Origin: Ascidiella aspersa
Taxonomy: Eukaryota
Assembly: GCA_963924565.1 (NCBI GenBank)
Contig: OZ004610.1
Location: 806,001-870,000, forward strand
Reading direction: 5' to 3'
DNA: 64,000 nucleotides
Position numbers and translations under genes: made by a program. Of this stretch, positions 35,701-50,323 are shown one piece after another; position 1 is the stretch's first letter; each line of letters opens with the position of its first letter. The notes under the pieces were generated by a model that saw only the letters and a program-made list of their open reading frames with translations, searched no databases and was not told where the DNA came from.

Positions 35701-38700
35701 AAATCCAAGTTGCCGCGAAATTATATAATTTTTGTTTCGGACAGTGTTGTACCTTTGCCTTATACTGAAATTACCCGAATTTTTCTGGTTAAAATATAAC
35801 TGAAGGTTTTAATGATGCCTCGTCTGGTTTTATTTTTCATACACCCTCGTATTTGCAATTCAAAAGCTCCCGCTCAAATACCACCTGCAAATATCATTTT
35901 TATCGACAAATATTGTGTTAAGGTTGTCAGAAGGATAATATTTCCATGTTTTTCGCTGCGATATATTCCTAGATAGAAAAAATACATTTCCAAATTACAT
36001 TTCAATTCTTTAGAACTATGCCATGGCATTTTTGCGGCGATGTCTGTAATGGCAGGGAAGTGCGAGAGAAATACTATTATCATCCCACGTAAAGAGTTGT
36101 GACGATGTGTATTTTGTAAGGCGATACACTCTAACCTTCTAGCTGTGGTAATAAGCACGCACATGGCTACAGGGTAATCCCAACCTACACAAGTAAAGGG
36201 CACAAACGTACGGCGCAGTTTAACCGAGAGATTCCAAACTGGAGGTCGCTGAGCTTTATGGGTCGCTGGTACGACTGTATATCACTTTCACACAAGTGTT
36301 ACATTTATGTAAATTGTACCCGTTTCAATTCCGATATGTAAATATCTTTAAACTAACGCAAAACACAATCCCAACTCCACATCACTTCAGGAAATGAGTG
36401 TAAAAGCGTACAACAAGAAAAGTTGAACAAGAATCCGATGATGCCATTTTGTAATAAATTCCTCTTTACATTTTATAAAAACGACTGAAGTTAATTATGC
36501 CAGGAAAGTCTGAAAATTACTCATGAAAAAGTTTCCTGTTTTTACTGTAAATCAATCACGAAAAAGTTTAAATGAATAGGGGTGCAGACAAGGTTTGTGA
36601 AATCCAGGCTTAACCGACGCAACGTCGTTAATGTGCCATCCACATAGTGCGTGCGTGCGTAGAGCGATAAGCGTTTCACACACAACGAGCGATAGTGACG
36701 CTTGGACGATGTTTACCAATTTCCACGCAGCTTTCCAGACGTCGTAAAACGCTTCTTGATCGATGACAAACACTGGGGGTCGATATAGAAGGGGGAGGGG
36801 ACTTTCCAAACCATGGAATCCTTGATTAGCGAAGTTGTTTTTTTGCAAGTGTTTTTATTTGTTAAAAACGCAAAAAAATCTTAAATTTTTTATCTTTCCT
36901 TGCTAAATTGCGTTAAAATTAGCTTTACACCACTGAGCTTGCGAAAAATATGCGTATTTTTTACGTATTTTTGTCCACCTTTGTACACATTCACACTAAA
37001 AGTCACATGTAAAAAGGTTAGCGCCGAAATAATGATTTTTAGTCCGGCTCTGCCACCCATGCACGTTTTCTGTGATTCAAGTTTCTAATCTTTGTTCCAC
37101 TTCACACAAAACTCACACAGACCTCACGGGCTCCTTTTCATCGGGGTTTTATTGTTTGCAGACGAAGATCTTAGTTCGATATAGAATAGGTTCCCTTTCG
37201 GCCAATTAAAGTTTTACAACGGCCGGGCGACTTTTTCACCCTACTAAAATTACCTAAGGGAGAAAATATTCATTAACCAATAACTTTATAATGGTGGAAT
37301 AACGATTTGACGATGGCCTTTCACATGGCAGTTCGAAAATGTCGCAAAACTAGTTTTAAATACATCCATAAGAGTTTTAAAGTGACTATATAAACATGCA
37401 AATGCTTAAAAATACAAAAGTACGCTTGAATGGGGCCTAGTCCTTCTAAAACGCCCGTGTAGGAGATGTCAAGTTTTGGAAAGCGCCGTAAACTATAGAG
37501 TTGAGTGATGACGTTATGTAAAGATGTTCGGCGTTAGGGTGACGTTTTATCACGCCGGTTGTAAATCGACTGTCTGTGTTTACTTTGCTATATTCGGCCG
37601 TTCGTGCCAGTCACATTGCACATAGCGCCTACGCCGCGATTCTCCTGATGAGTCGTCTGATAGAGAGGTAAAAATCACTTTTTTTCACATTTTCATTCGC
37701 ACAATTGTTTGTGGTTTGGTGAAAATGACTCTATATCATCGATCAAGGAGTGAGAAACGAGTTTTATCTTACGCAATCACGTTATAGACGACCAACGTTC
37801 TTTGAAATGTCTATAATGTAGTTTCTGGTAAACTTAGGTGTTCATTTTATAAAAATAGCAATATTTATGGAACTTGAAATGAGTCCAATTGCCAATGCAT
37901 CATTAAAATTGTATCGACATCTTTCTACAAACTTCAACCAGTATGGGGTCACTAATAATGCATGGTTTGTTGAGACTTTTACACAATTAGTACTTTTTCA
38001 ACGTCTTTCAACAACGCCTCTTTTCTCCCCTTTCCCTAGAATATATTGTCCATTAGTTTTATATAGTTTTTAAAACAACCTCACATGTAGAACACCCAAC
38101 TGGCGTCGGCGGGAAAATGCCTGTATTTATGGCGGAATTACTATTCCCCAGACCCCAAGTAAAGCATACCCTAGAAATTGTAAAGCAGGCCCCAGAATGC
38201 CAATTTAAAGCAGCCCTTCTCGCTTCGCAATTTAGAAAACTGTGAACCTCATTGTTGCAAAAATGGTCGCTGAACCTGAAAACCGCAAGGTCAGTGTTTC
38301 TGGCATCTAAAGTCACCGGCCCCATTTTTGCAATATACCCCTTATGAAATTAATAAAAAAGCACAGAATTGAAATTCAGAGACAGAGTGAATTTAATACA
38401 CCCGAGGATTGAAATTTAGCGTGGGTTGTCAAAAGGCAGTAAAAATTTGACATAAAAAGCTAAGACTGTCGACTGTGAGCGAAACAATAAAACCAAATTC
38501 CGAACTGGAAGCGAAATTACGCTGGCTGCGGTTGACGTAATTGGAGATGTGCCTCATTGGAAGAGTTCAAGTTAAAACTTACTTGGGATATTTGGCGCCT
38601 TATTAGGGCACGAAGACAGTAGCAAAATCCGGCTGGAGCGACAAATTTTAATTCGTTTTTTTTTTTAAATTCCACGGACATGGCTATTGCACGCAAAGTT

Positions 38701-41700
38701 TCAACAACAATTCGCGCCTAATTTAAAACGTTTTTTTTCTTCTGGAAATAGCAAGTTCCTTGTTAAAAAATAAATAGGCGTCGTTTAAAAACGAAGATTT
38801 TGTCCTAAAAGTTTGGAAAAAAGTTATTTTGGAGCCAAATGTTTTGTGGCTACACCCTTTTTTCAAATTACAAATAAAAGTCGCCGTTTTAGTCATTTTG
38901 TCACAAAATTACCTGAAGTATGGCGATATCAGGCCAATAAGAATTCTATTTCATTCTCATTTCTGGTTAAAATTGTGCAATGCCGTGCCCCAAATTACAA
39001 CCTACACCACATAGGGTATTATTTATAGGTCAATTGCTCTTTTCATAATGCATTGTGACGTATCAATCATCGGCGCGCGACAGTGGCATAACACACCGCT
39101 CTCGTATGTCAGGGATCAGAGGATTCCATCGTAATCCAAGAACTTTGCCTCTATAAGCTGTTTATTGTGTAATCGAGCTTTCGACGTTTAGATACAAGTA
39201 GGCGATAAGCGTGCAATGCAACTCTGCTGGAGAATCGTGACTTTGTTCATGTTGCCAAATCGTAGCGTGGCTTGTTGTTCGACTTTGGTGAAAAATGACT
39301 CTGTCAAAGTCATTAATTTCCCATCACAGGTCTCGGATCCCTGCCATTATTGCGCTGTAAGATGGTGGGGAAAGCTTGGTTAGGGTGACGTACTTACATA
39401 ACCTCACGCATCACTTGAGCATTTTAATATCAGCCCGTTTATTAAATCTAAGGAAACCATGATATTTTGTTTTCATAAATATATTGATTTAAGGCACAAC
39501 AAGGCTACTTGTTTGCCTCCAATATAAAGAGTCTTATCATAGTTGTTAAGTATCTCTTTTAAACATGTGGCATTGTAAACTTTGGCAAATTATTTACAGT
39601 CAAGTTCTTGGACATTAATTTAAGTATCTGATGCGTAACAAGGTCGAAAGTTACAATTTTCTCGGAGTACGTTTTTGGTTAACCACGTAGATACAAAAAC
39701 TTTCAAATTATGATTGTAATCTTAGTACTACCTATTGAACTCAAGTTTTTGGCGACCAAACGTTATGAGAAGTACTCTGGTTAGAAAGGATTAGTTTTAA
39801 GCTGTCGTGTTGTTTTTCTACAATTTTGGCCAGTTAACAAAAATGGTCTTTTTCTGTGCTATATACATCTTGAGTTGTGAAATCGATAGAAAAGTGTCCA
39901 CAATAAAAAAGAGCCTATAGTGTCCAGGACCAGGGTTAAAATATGAGCAAAACATCTAAACACCGCTTCATGTAAAGCAAAGCTGACAAATGCGTTGAAA
40001 AACGTAATGATAAATTGACCGACAACACAGATGCCATGTGAATTGTCCAAATGATTCTTCCAACGTCAAGTTTCTTTTGATGGCGAAATTTCGGCGATGA
40101 TTTCTATAACGAGCCAAATTACTGCCCGTGTTGTCCGTCGCATCCTGCTTTGTAAAGGCAATTGGAAGATGACAGTCTGTAGTCGAGCATTATTCGCACA
40201 AACTGCTCGGGGCTATCCGAGTAACGACTCTTGGCCACAAAAGGAAATCGCGACTGTAGTTATCCTATTTACGTGACTTTGTCCAGTTTGCGAGCTTACT
40301 TCAAACGATCTGGTCGCAATTTCCACGGTTATTTTCAGCACCTTTGTATGCTTTAAAACAGTAGCGCCTTTTTAACGCCCATAACTCAATTTAAAACCAA
40401 AAATTAAACTGTTTAACTGTTTGATCTAAATTTTGAAGCGCTTTTGTTTTGTTCTACACGTTTGAATATATTTAGATTACATTTATTCCACATCACTAGC
40501 CACCCTAATATTGGACGATTACCGATAGTACACTTGAAATCGGGTATCGGCTCCGATCTGATATTATCGGACATCCATCAATTATTATATAACGAAATAT
40601 TAGAGCATTTACAACCACTTTATAAAAAATTTTTAATACATTTAAAATAAATCGACTCTGGCTACCAGATATTTTTCGCATAACGGTTATATAAAGAGCA
40701 AAGTAAACGTATTATTTCATGCTGAGTGATTTAAGCATCGCTATCTTATTCAAGTATGTTAGGTTTTTTTTAACCCCTTCATATGTTAGAATTCACAAGG
40801 TAATAGTAAATACTCGGCGGCGCCAACATTAAGCATAAATGCCAGTAATAAACACGCACTAAACTAAGTCAAGTTTCACATCCGCTCAATGGAGACACGA
40901 AACTCACTTTTACGAGCTTTCTATCGCCCAACCGACGCCCTAGTGCCGTATCAAGTCTATGTGTGTTCCGTGATGTCTGTATGTACTCAGGTTTATTGCC
41001 TCCCCCGCACAAACAATCGGGGGGTGGGGGGGTCACATGGTACCTTGGGGAACTTCTCGCCTACGCTATGACGTCACAATCTATCGACAATATTAACCCC
41101 CACAATGGTCCCAAGTTCTTTTTGGAATACGGCGTTCGGGGTTTTAATGTTGCTGGTGAGAGGGGAATACCCGGGGATTAAGACCCTTCTCAGCATTTAT
41201 AAATACCCTTTGTTTCAAAAAAGGGAATTTTATCGGGATTTAAGATTACTAAAATATTGGTGATATTGCGAACAAATATATTTGTTTTAAAGAAAAGCTT
41301 GTCTCTTAACAGAAAATTGGGGTAGTTTACCTAATAATTAGTTTTTAGGGGATGAACAAACAATAACAGACGATAATTATTATTAGTTACTTTACCTTTC
41401 GTTCTCCAAATACATTTGGTCGTTGATATCTTGCACAACTGTTTTACTATTAAAAAAATCAAAGGTTCTTTTATAAGGCTCTTTTACCCTTTTTTACTTT
41501 TACTGACAGTGAGTCTTTTTGGGCCGTCGTAAAACTTTACGAGCTCTTACAGCTTCTGTTCTTCAATAAGAACCGAGCCGACAAATTAAAGCTAAATACG
41601 CGTTATTAAGTGACAAGCCTTATTCTGCCATCAATAATTGATCGCGTGTAATTTAAGTCCCAATTTAGAGATGGTGCAAGCATGAAAGATATGGGACGCC

Positions 41701-42739
41701 AAATATTTACTGCGCCAGGGCCTGTGGAAATGGTGGGGGTAGTTTGGACGAGAGTTTGGGGGTGGCGTGCTGGGTGTCTTTAAGTAAGTTTTGTTAAATC
41801 TTGTTTACTCAATTGACTACAATTTTTCTTAAAAATCTGTAAATCAGTTTTATCAAGTAAATCCACGAAAGACTCTAAGCCTGACCCGGGCATTATTTTC
41901 CTTAATATGACCGCTTTTGATTTAGAATTTAGATACTTTCTTCTCCAGATTGGGCCTGTTTGCAGCTGAGCAAATCTGGTTTGAAGAGTGTGTGATTTTG
42001 GAGGGGGTTCAAATGGGTTGTTTAGCTGTTAAAGGATCTTTTAAAACGTTCTGACGTACTGTGTTGGTCACTTTCTTAATTTAACAGTCTATTTGAAAAA
42101 AAAAAAACCAGTAAATCCAAAAGGGTCTCTGGCATATATTTTCTTCAATAAACGACCTTCCTTTTCCTGATATATCCCCCATATTGCGATTTTTGCAGCT
42201 TGCTAAATCTAGTTTGTTGTTCGCCGGAAAAAAAATCTTGAGGTGTTATCGCCTTTCGAACAAAACTGTCGTGCTAATACTTTTAAATTGTTTTTTAATT
42301 ATTATCGACATACGTTTTAATGACGGTAAAATTGGAATTAAAACATTTGAAATATGATTGTTTTACTGCTTTTTTTAACTAAACAAATGTTTTGTTGTAT
42401 ACCGAAATTAGGTTTTATAATTTCAAAGGGTTTAAAATCCATTTTAAATTGTGTCGGTAACTACAATGTTTACGCATTTTGTGTCACTTACAAGTTTAAC
42501 ATTAAAATCGTATTGCAGCCAATATATTGGAAATAACTCAAAAGCCTTTCGTGTAAAGTGAACCAGCTGATTTTCGAGTATTTCCGAAAACTTGCCAGGG
42601 TGAAAAAATCATTCAAAGCACGTTTTAAAACCAAGCTATTCAAAGTGCTTTTGTGGGCCCCCGAGAAGTTTCAGCTGGGGTCTTAAGTGTTATATCCGCT
42701 GCCTTTATTCGAAGCCAAGCCACACAGGCTTTCAAGCGA

Positions 42740-42767
42740 GGTTCAGAGGTCAGGAGTTCAAGGGTCG
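42740..42767 (+). promoter_or_regulatory. Candidate nuclear-receptor element: GGTTCA-g-AGGTCA-gg-AGTTCA-a-GGGTCG (DR1/DR2/DR1)
   Basis: Three consensus RGKTCA half-sites plus one near-consensus site in tandem, in gene 2 intron 1. Confidence 0.45.
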
Positions 42768-44613
42768 TGTGTTATTTCCAATCCGTATCACCACAGACTT
42801 AAAAAAAAACGTTTCTGTGCATTTTTATATTGCTAAATTATTGTCCCAAGTGTTTTGCCTCCAATATTTCGCATATAATATTGTTGAGTTGGAGAAATTT
42901 TCCTACATTTTCCCGCACTTTCATTTGTTTTGCCTTGTTCCTGTTTATCGATTGGGAAGTCTTGGATTTCCGAAGCTCAACTTTGTTTAAAACACGCACC
43001 AGACCGTATTACCAGCTGCTTTTAAATGCTTACCGGAAAAAACTTTGTACCACGATGTTACGTAGCGTTTATTCAGAGTAACTAATAGAAAACCCAAGAT
43101 AGTCTTTAGAATTATCTAATTTCAAACAACTTGGTACTGCCAGTTGTTCTAAATATCGTTTTAACGCCACATGTTTCCGCATTTTACCCCAATCCATTTC
43201 TGTTCTTTGCAATTTGATTTTTTGGTAAACATTTAGCCCCGCGAAGCACCCAGCATTCCTGGTCGCCACAAGATACCCACATCCGTGCTGTAGAAGCGTG
43301 ACATTTCCCCAGACTAAACACAGACTTAACTCCGATTCGCTTGTGTGCCAATTCGCTGACTAAACCCTCACAAAATGCCAATACAAGGACATTCTTTATC
43401 AACTTTTTGCTTAATATTTAAAATCTATTTAGTTAGATTGTTGATTCGGCGCCCTAAGGGTGACTTTTAAAACCGTTTGTTCTTCTGTTCGATTCGAATT
43501 TCTTTGTTCGATTGTTCTCCGATTGTTGACCGATAATTGCCCGATTGTTTGATGTTTGCGTTGTTCTGGAACGGGTAGAATTCAAGTTCCTAGGGTAAAC
43601 AATGAAACGACACAATGTGACTTTTGTCGGTTTTATATATCACTGATCAACGCGAATGTTTAATCTTGTCGCTCCATATTTGCTTTTGCTCTTTGAATGA
43701 TATTTTCACTGACATTGACGGCACAGAAGTTATTTGTTTAAGAGAGTGCGTTAAGTTTTATTTAAGTAAAAAGTAAGAGTTTTTTTGTATTAAAGAAAAC
43801 CTAGTATATCAAATTTCTAAGAATTTATTGAAAATCAAACTTTGAAAACAAATAATAAAGGGGCTGAAAAAAAAACATCGTAAGTAAACCCTTTAGAACA
43901 CTCAAATGAGCACAAAACTGAATTCCTGGAGCCAAAGCATCGTAGTTTCTCTGCAATTAAGTGTGCCGAGCCCAGGAAGTCGAAATCCTTGGAGTTGGCT
44001 TGAAAGGTCCTGATTTGTGTTAAGCTGCTCCGAGTTAGGAATGTCACGTAAGGTTTGCCCCTCTCCTAAAGTGACTTGAGTAGAAGCGAAGAGAAATTCG
44101 GTCAACCCGTTTCATCTCTCGACTAACGGGAGTGATTGCTTTACCAATTGAGCGCCTTTGTCGAAAATTCCTCTTGGTTTATCAACTTTGTGGCTTCATA
44201 AACTCTTCAGTAAAACTGGAACTGATGTTTCTTTAGGTTTATAAATTACGTAAACTCTTTAATAAAACGAAACTTGCAATGTCATTTATACCGACATTTT
44301 GTTTGCTATATGACAAAAATGTATTTCGTTAACAGTTATAAAAGTTTTGGTTAATACATTCATTAACTGATTGCTTAACATTTTAAATACGAAAATCTAC
44401 TTTACTCGTATTATATGGGTTTCATACTTTTAGTATCTTGCAAAATGCATTCCAAACAAAACTACCTGTTTTAACTGTATTTTTGTCTACAGGAAGAATA
44501 ATTAAGCTATTAAAATTAAAAAATCAAGTATTTTTTAATTAATTAGGCCTAAGGATTCTTTTACGACAAACTAAGTTCGTATGCATTCAACTTAATGTCG
44601 CTCTTGTTTTTAG

Positions 44614-44678
44614 ATATTCTTCTTGATACGAGAACCGCTCTATCCGACCTGGGATGGACACTTTCACCAGGATCAGAG
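44614..44678 (+). CDS. Eph: Eph gene 2 exon 2: (D)ILLDTRTALSDLGWTLSPGSE
   Basis: tttttag| acceptor, |gtaaga donor; LLDTR...DLGW as in gene 1. Confidence 0.93.
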
Positions 44679-47600
44679 GTAAGATTGCTTTTTACACTCG
44701 ATAAAAAATAACCCGTTGTTTGTTTTGCAATTTGATTTGATGTCAAAAGGTGATTTGGAACCATCAGTATTCAGTGTTACAAAAACAAAACACACAATTC
44801 TACTTATTAATAAAGATACATGCGATTTCCCATAAACTTAACGCAAAAACGGCAGAACGCAAAAATCCCAACACGACCAAACCAATTAAAAAAATGTTAG
44901 TAGAAATTGCGAAACCTATACCCTATAGATTAAAGTCATTCAGGCAGAGCGTCTTAACTCATTCCGCGCTAACAAGTTTTACAAATAAATGGCCGATTCC
45001 GCTCCCGGATTAACAACGACAGGTCATTCTTAACCATCGCTACTAAATCACCACCTTCTCGTGGGGATTGACGCTGGGGGCTTACATACCCCATTAACCC
45101 CCTAAAAAGACGGGGTTAGACCCCTTTACTGCTGCCCTGGCCCCTGTGATGGACCCCCCTCAACCCCCTCGTTACGCCCCACTGCAACAATGGTTTCCTT
45201 TGTTACGACACAGTGCGCGCGGAATGTAGTGTGGGCTCTGGTTTGCTCAACTTATTTTGTTTGCAAATTGTCTCCCAAGAAAACCGAGTTATTTCGTCTC
45301 TGGGTTAAATTAGATGGCATTTGATTTGTCACACATTGATATGTAATACATCTATTTATATATTATGATATGTACAATTGGCAAGTTAACAAACACAAAT
45401 ATTACCTGAATTGCAATCTTGTTAGGTTTGGAAAAAAAAATCGAAATAGTATTTAAAATCAAATAAATGCTTTTTATTGGTTTTAACTTTTAATTGTTAA
45501 AAGTGATTAAAAGAAAACACCATATAAATCATATTATTAAGTTTTCAATGTCCACTAGTGAACTTTTTTCATAGTTTTTAGGCAATTAATGTAAGTAATG
45601 TTCCCATGAATGGACAACAATAAACGCAATTTTCTTGTTTCAAATCTTCCCACGAGTTTTGACCAACTTTCCACGCAGATGCGATTTACTTATCAGTCGC
45701 ATATCGAGCTCGCTGACAAACGGGCTTTATGTTCTACGGCGCCTTACAACAGGCCTTCTCGCCAATCGACTTTAACAAGATGCTGATTGTAGTAGGCTTG
45801 AGGTCCCAACTAAATTGGATTGCACTCAGTGAAAGTGCCTTGGAATGTCGTTGATAAATTGTCGGCTCGATAGCTTTCACTTGGTATAGCTCCAACCACT
45901 TGAAAAGGTTGTTATCTGGGGTGCAAAGCTTCTTTCAACCCCTCGCCATCCACACTTATCCTGGTCACCGATAAAAAACCTAAAATGCTTTAGGCAGGTT
46001 TAGAAAAGTAATAAAAAAGTTCAAAACGATTTAACGATGTATTACAGTGTTTCTCAACCCATATGTGGCTGTTTGATTTGGTTTGGTCGCCGACTGCAGT
46101 TCGTTTTAATATGTTTATTTAAATTTATAGAATATTGGTTCTGAGCAAGATTTTTCCTATTTTGAGAGAATTGCATTAATTTATATTAATTAAATTCCAA
46201 CTTAGTTATGCCAATTTCATTTTTCTTTATTTACAAAACGTTCGGCTTGCAGAATTGGGTTGCCCAAGTCTTCGCTGTAAAACACCTTTTTTATTCATCA
46301 GTTCTGCAAAAAACGTGATTCGAATCAATTTATTTAAACATTTATGGTTTTTTTTGATCGTACGTAATTGAGAAAAAATCAACAACTGAAAGTATTGGAA
46401 CAGGCGTATATCCTAAAATAAACAATATTGAGATTATTTTAACAACTGCCCGAGAAATGGTATCATTGGCTTGCCCAAAGACCGTTTTTGACCAACTATT
46501 TTTGGCTATAAGATCACTAGAAGCCTGTCAATCGGCCCTGGCCCTCTCAATCAATCAACAAGCGATTCCAGTTCTAGCGATGACCATTAATCGTCTGATA
46601 ATATCTCGACACTTTTTTAACTTACAAACGCTCTTCTTGTTTTAACTATCTTGCCCTGTCTTGTCCTGAAGCACAAAGTATTTCCCACCCTGTAAAAAAT
46701 AGCTTGCCCCAATAGACCTAAATGAATTAATACCATAAAAGCAGGTATCTTGTATGTTATTATTTTTCAACCTTTTGTTTAGGCTTTGTTATCTGAAAAC
46801 TTTAAACCATAGTGACTTGGTAATGCGTATTGTTTTAAAAGAACACTTGCACAATGCGACTGCCTTTGTAATAATTTGATATTTATTTTATGCGTTTACT
46901 ACGAAACAAACTGATGTTTCAAGGGATAAAACAAATAAGTGCCTGAACTTCTTTCAGTATACACTATGCCTGGTAGCAACAGCATATTTCCTGGCGTTTC
47001 AACATTTTGTCCCAATTTTTTCAACTCTTATCGGTCTTTGAAGTGGTGCGAGGGCAATGCGAAGTTAACGAGGCGTTAGTGGAGATACAACAGGTTTGCC
47101 TGGCTTGCAAGATGCTGCCGAGCAACTAGCAAGTACTTTGACTTAATGAAGGCCGATTGACGACTAGCAGAGGCTGCAGAACTAGGTCGTTTAAACATGT
47201 TACGGTCACTTGCGTTGGACATTTGTCTTCGTAGAACCCACAAGAAGCGGTGGTAGTATGTGTGCCTTGTACTGCGCGGTTATCGATCTAGGGTAGTGGG
47301 CACTGAAGGACCTGGAAGATAAGAAAAGGTATTAATTGTACCCTGGGTGGTCACTCCAATGTTTAAAGTGGGTGCTTGGCCAGAGGGCAGGGCTTCTTAA
47401 ACTGGGACCCATGGACTAGTTTTAAGGCTCCACTCAGGCTTAATTAAAATCTTGGTGTATATTTGAAAACTGAATTAAAAATAGTTTAATTAAAAAAAAT
47501 CTTTAGCGCCATCTCCTTGAATGTATTTAGACTCTATTTCCGTTCCACATTTTTTGGACCGAAAACAGTGGATTTTTTAATCTACTGGTTTTATGACATC

Positions 47601-47831
47601 AATTTATGACGTCATCTCTAGAAATCCATTGTCCACGCGAACCAACATTTCGCGTTAGAAAAAGTTTAAGGAGAACCCCTGCCGTAGGGGATGGCACCCA
47701 TTTATAGAATGTGTGGTATAGGGAATTTTATAAATATGATGCCAGATATATTTATTACTCAACTTACTTTGAAGAAACACTGCCTAAATCCAAGTTTAAA
47801 CGTACAGTCGAGTCTGATAAAAAAAATTCAT

Positions 47832-47913
47832 AGCATAAAGGCCGTTGGAGTTTTAGTAAGAATATCAATACCCACAAAGAAGTAGGGCAGTATTTTGTGA
47901 ACGTTTCGAATAA
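47832..47913 (-). repeat. Foldback MITE family A, left arm (degenerate)
   Basis: AGTAAGAATATCAATACCCACAAAGAAGTAGGGCAGTATTTTGTGAACGTTTCGAATAA resembles 61230-61330. Confidence 0.6.
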
Positions 47914-50165
47914 AGATATCCACTTTCAACATGAAAATCTTACAAATTTAGGAAACTAACAAAATGCAACAAATTTCACCAGTTTAATCACTTTACCAAA
48001 TTTAACCCAAAATCAATCAATAACAATCCCGACTACAATTCAATGATTCTAAGTTCTAACCCTTCAATGGGTAAACCTTTTTATAGAACCTAGCGAACCC
48101 CATAGATCCCATATTCGCACATTTTAAACTGTGTTGTGGGTTTCGTATGCTGGGAAAAATCTTTGCACGTAATGATAGGATCCCTTCCAGCTGTCCAAGT
48201 ATCAGGGTTCCTTGGTTTAAGGTTACCAGTTATTTGCCACACCGACCACAACTCAACCGAGCTCGTGAAAACCGGGAAGTTGAAGCTATTTTTAGAAGTT
48301 CCAAGACTGGGTTGAGAATTTAGTTGCACTTGCTTACGTTGGGTTGGTGATTAACCATCATAAAAAGTATGCAGGCGTTGCACTCGTACGCTTTAAATTA
48401 GACCTAGCCAAGTTTCGAAGCGTATGTCTGCGTCGGAATCTGCATTTCACAGATTGTTTGAAAACAAACTAAACCTGGTTTAATATCTCGCATCAGTTAA
48501 TGTGTTTTTTTTAAGTTCGTATCGAAACGTCTTTATCAAGATGATGTCGATTTAGTCGTTCTATTTTGGCTTCGAGATTCATTATCAAGTTCGCCTATTG
48601 TGTTTTCTATAGCTGTGTTTAAACTTTAAAGCGGCCTACATGTTCCAATTTAGCGCAGCCCACTTTAACGTGGCATTATCCTTATTGGTCTACCATCTGC
48701 CACGAATAACGTTTCTGTGTGCTTCTGTACAAAATCCACAGGGATATCAGAACCATCTGTTGTTTTAGATAAAAATGTGGATCTCATGCAATCAGAAAAC
48801 GATATCGTTCTAGTTTAGACATTTCTTAGCATAGTATCAATATGTGTTTTTTAAACGTGTATATAAATTTTCTAATAGTCATTCTTAGGTATAATTTTAT
48901 AAATGCAAAGGTGAATATTTTACCAGTTTAAAAATGGGTGGTTAAAGTATAAAATAGATTTGTTTAAAAATAACATTTTTTTATTTAAAACAGTTTCGGT
49001 TAAAATGCGTATTTCAAGGTTTTAGAAACCGTAAAAAATTCCCAGCTAATCGTGACCAGGTTACCGGAAGTAAACTTGCCCCCTAAAGCACAGTGCTCTT
49101 TGTTCGAAATTCACCCTTTATTGTTTCAAGTGTCGCTTCCGAGTGTCGCGTACAGCGTTACGCGTGTCGCGCTACACACAAGGCGACATTTCACGCAGCG
49201 AGCAAATGGCAGTTTCGTGCAATTGCTACCTCAGTGATGTAACAAAGGGCGACGCGATGCGCTGTTGGACTGGGTTTGTTGTCGAGGTCTGTTACGAACA
49301 ATAGAACGCGCGAGCAATCCAATACGCAAGTGTGTGGAGCTCCCGCTAAATTGCCAGTTCCGTGTTTTGCATCTAAATAATTCCTTTTCGCGAACCAAGA
49401 AAACGCTGATTTATTGGGAGAATTGAAACGACAAATTAAGCCTGAATCAATTTATCGGCTTCAGGTTCCGTTTGCAATTTGACGAAACGCGCTCAACCGT
49501 TGCGGGAATAATTCACCAACGTTCCAGTTCGTTGAACACCGCTAATTTATGCATTCCTTGCGAAGACGTTTCTTCAAACAATTGTGTGTTTGCTGAATTT
49601 TATCATCGCTATATCGATTCTTCACTTCCTCTCGAACATCTTTATCTATAACCTTTTAACGGCTTCTGAACCCAAAATATGGTTAAATATTTGCAAAAAA
49701 TAAGAAAATATTATAAAAAATGATTAAAATGAGAAACATACCAAAGATATTTGTGTTTCCTGTTTTACAGTAAGTGTTGTTTCATCGATGTATAGATGAG
49801 TCTATATTTAACTCATTATTGATCAGGCCTCATATGTCAAAAAAGCAACAACAAACTTAAACACATTCCACAACCTTAGACACCATAAAAGTAGTGTACT
49901 GTACATTAAAGCTTTTTTTCCGTCCCTGATGTATGATTTTATTCTGTATTCACCAAAAAGCTGAATTTCTTGTAAATTGTGAATCATTTTTTTGTTTGCA
50001 TAACGTGGCAATCTTCTGTTGTTGGTATTTTCTATTTTTTCTTGTAACCTGAATCCCTTATACCTTCAGGGTCAACTAACTCGATAAAACTCTCCGTTGA
50101 ATAGTTGCTACTGTGTCCGTATTTTAGCAACAAATTATCATTTATCTTATCGTGTGTCCCTCTAG

Positions 50166-50323
50166 TGGCAAGAAATGACGAGTGAGGATGCTCGTGGGAA
50201 CGATCGTCGGATGCACATGGTTTGTCAGATCAGGAAGCCAAACCAGGACAACTGGATAAGAAGTGATTATATTCCGGTGGAAGGAGCTCAGAGGGTCTAC
50301 GTCGAAATCGAGTTTACTATAAG
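50166..50323 (+). CDS. Eph: Eph gene 2 exon 3: WQEMTSEDARGNDRRMHMVCQIRKPNQDNWIRSDYIPVEGAQRVYVEIEFTI
   Basis: ctctag| acceptor, AG|gtgggt donor; 158 nt. Confidence 0.95.

Noticed and set aside
37640-37680. CTGATGAG motif (also 34146, 50543, 54834)
   Set aside because: No downstream stem II + GAAA core.
27723-47420. Isolated hAT/Charlie-like terminal motifs (27723-27737, 29297-29314, 46045-46059, 47388-47405)
   Set aside because: Single ends with no matching partner TIR or TSD that I could verify.
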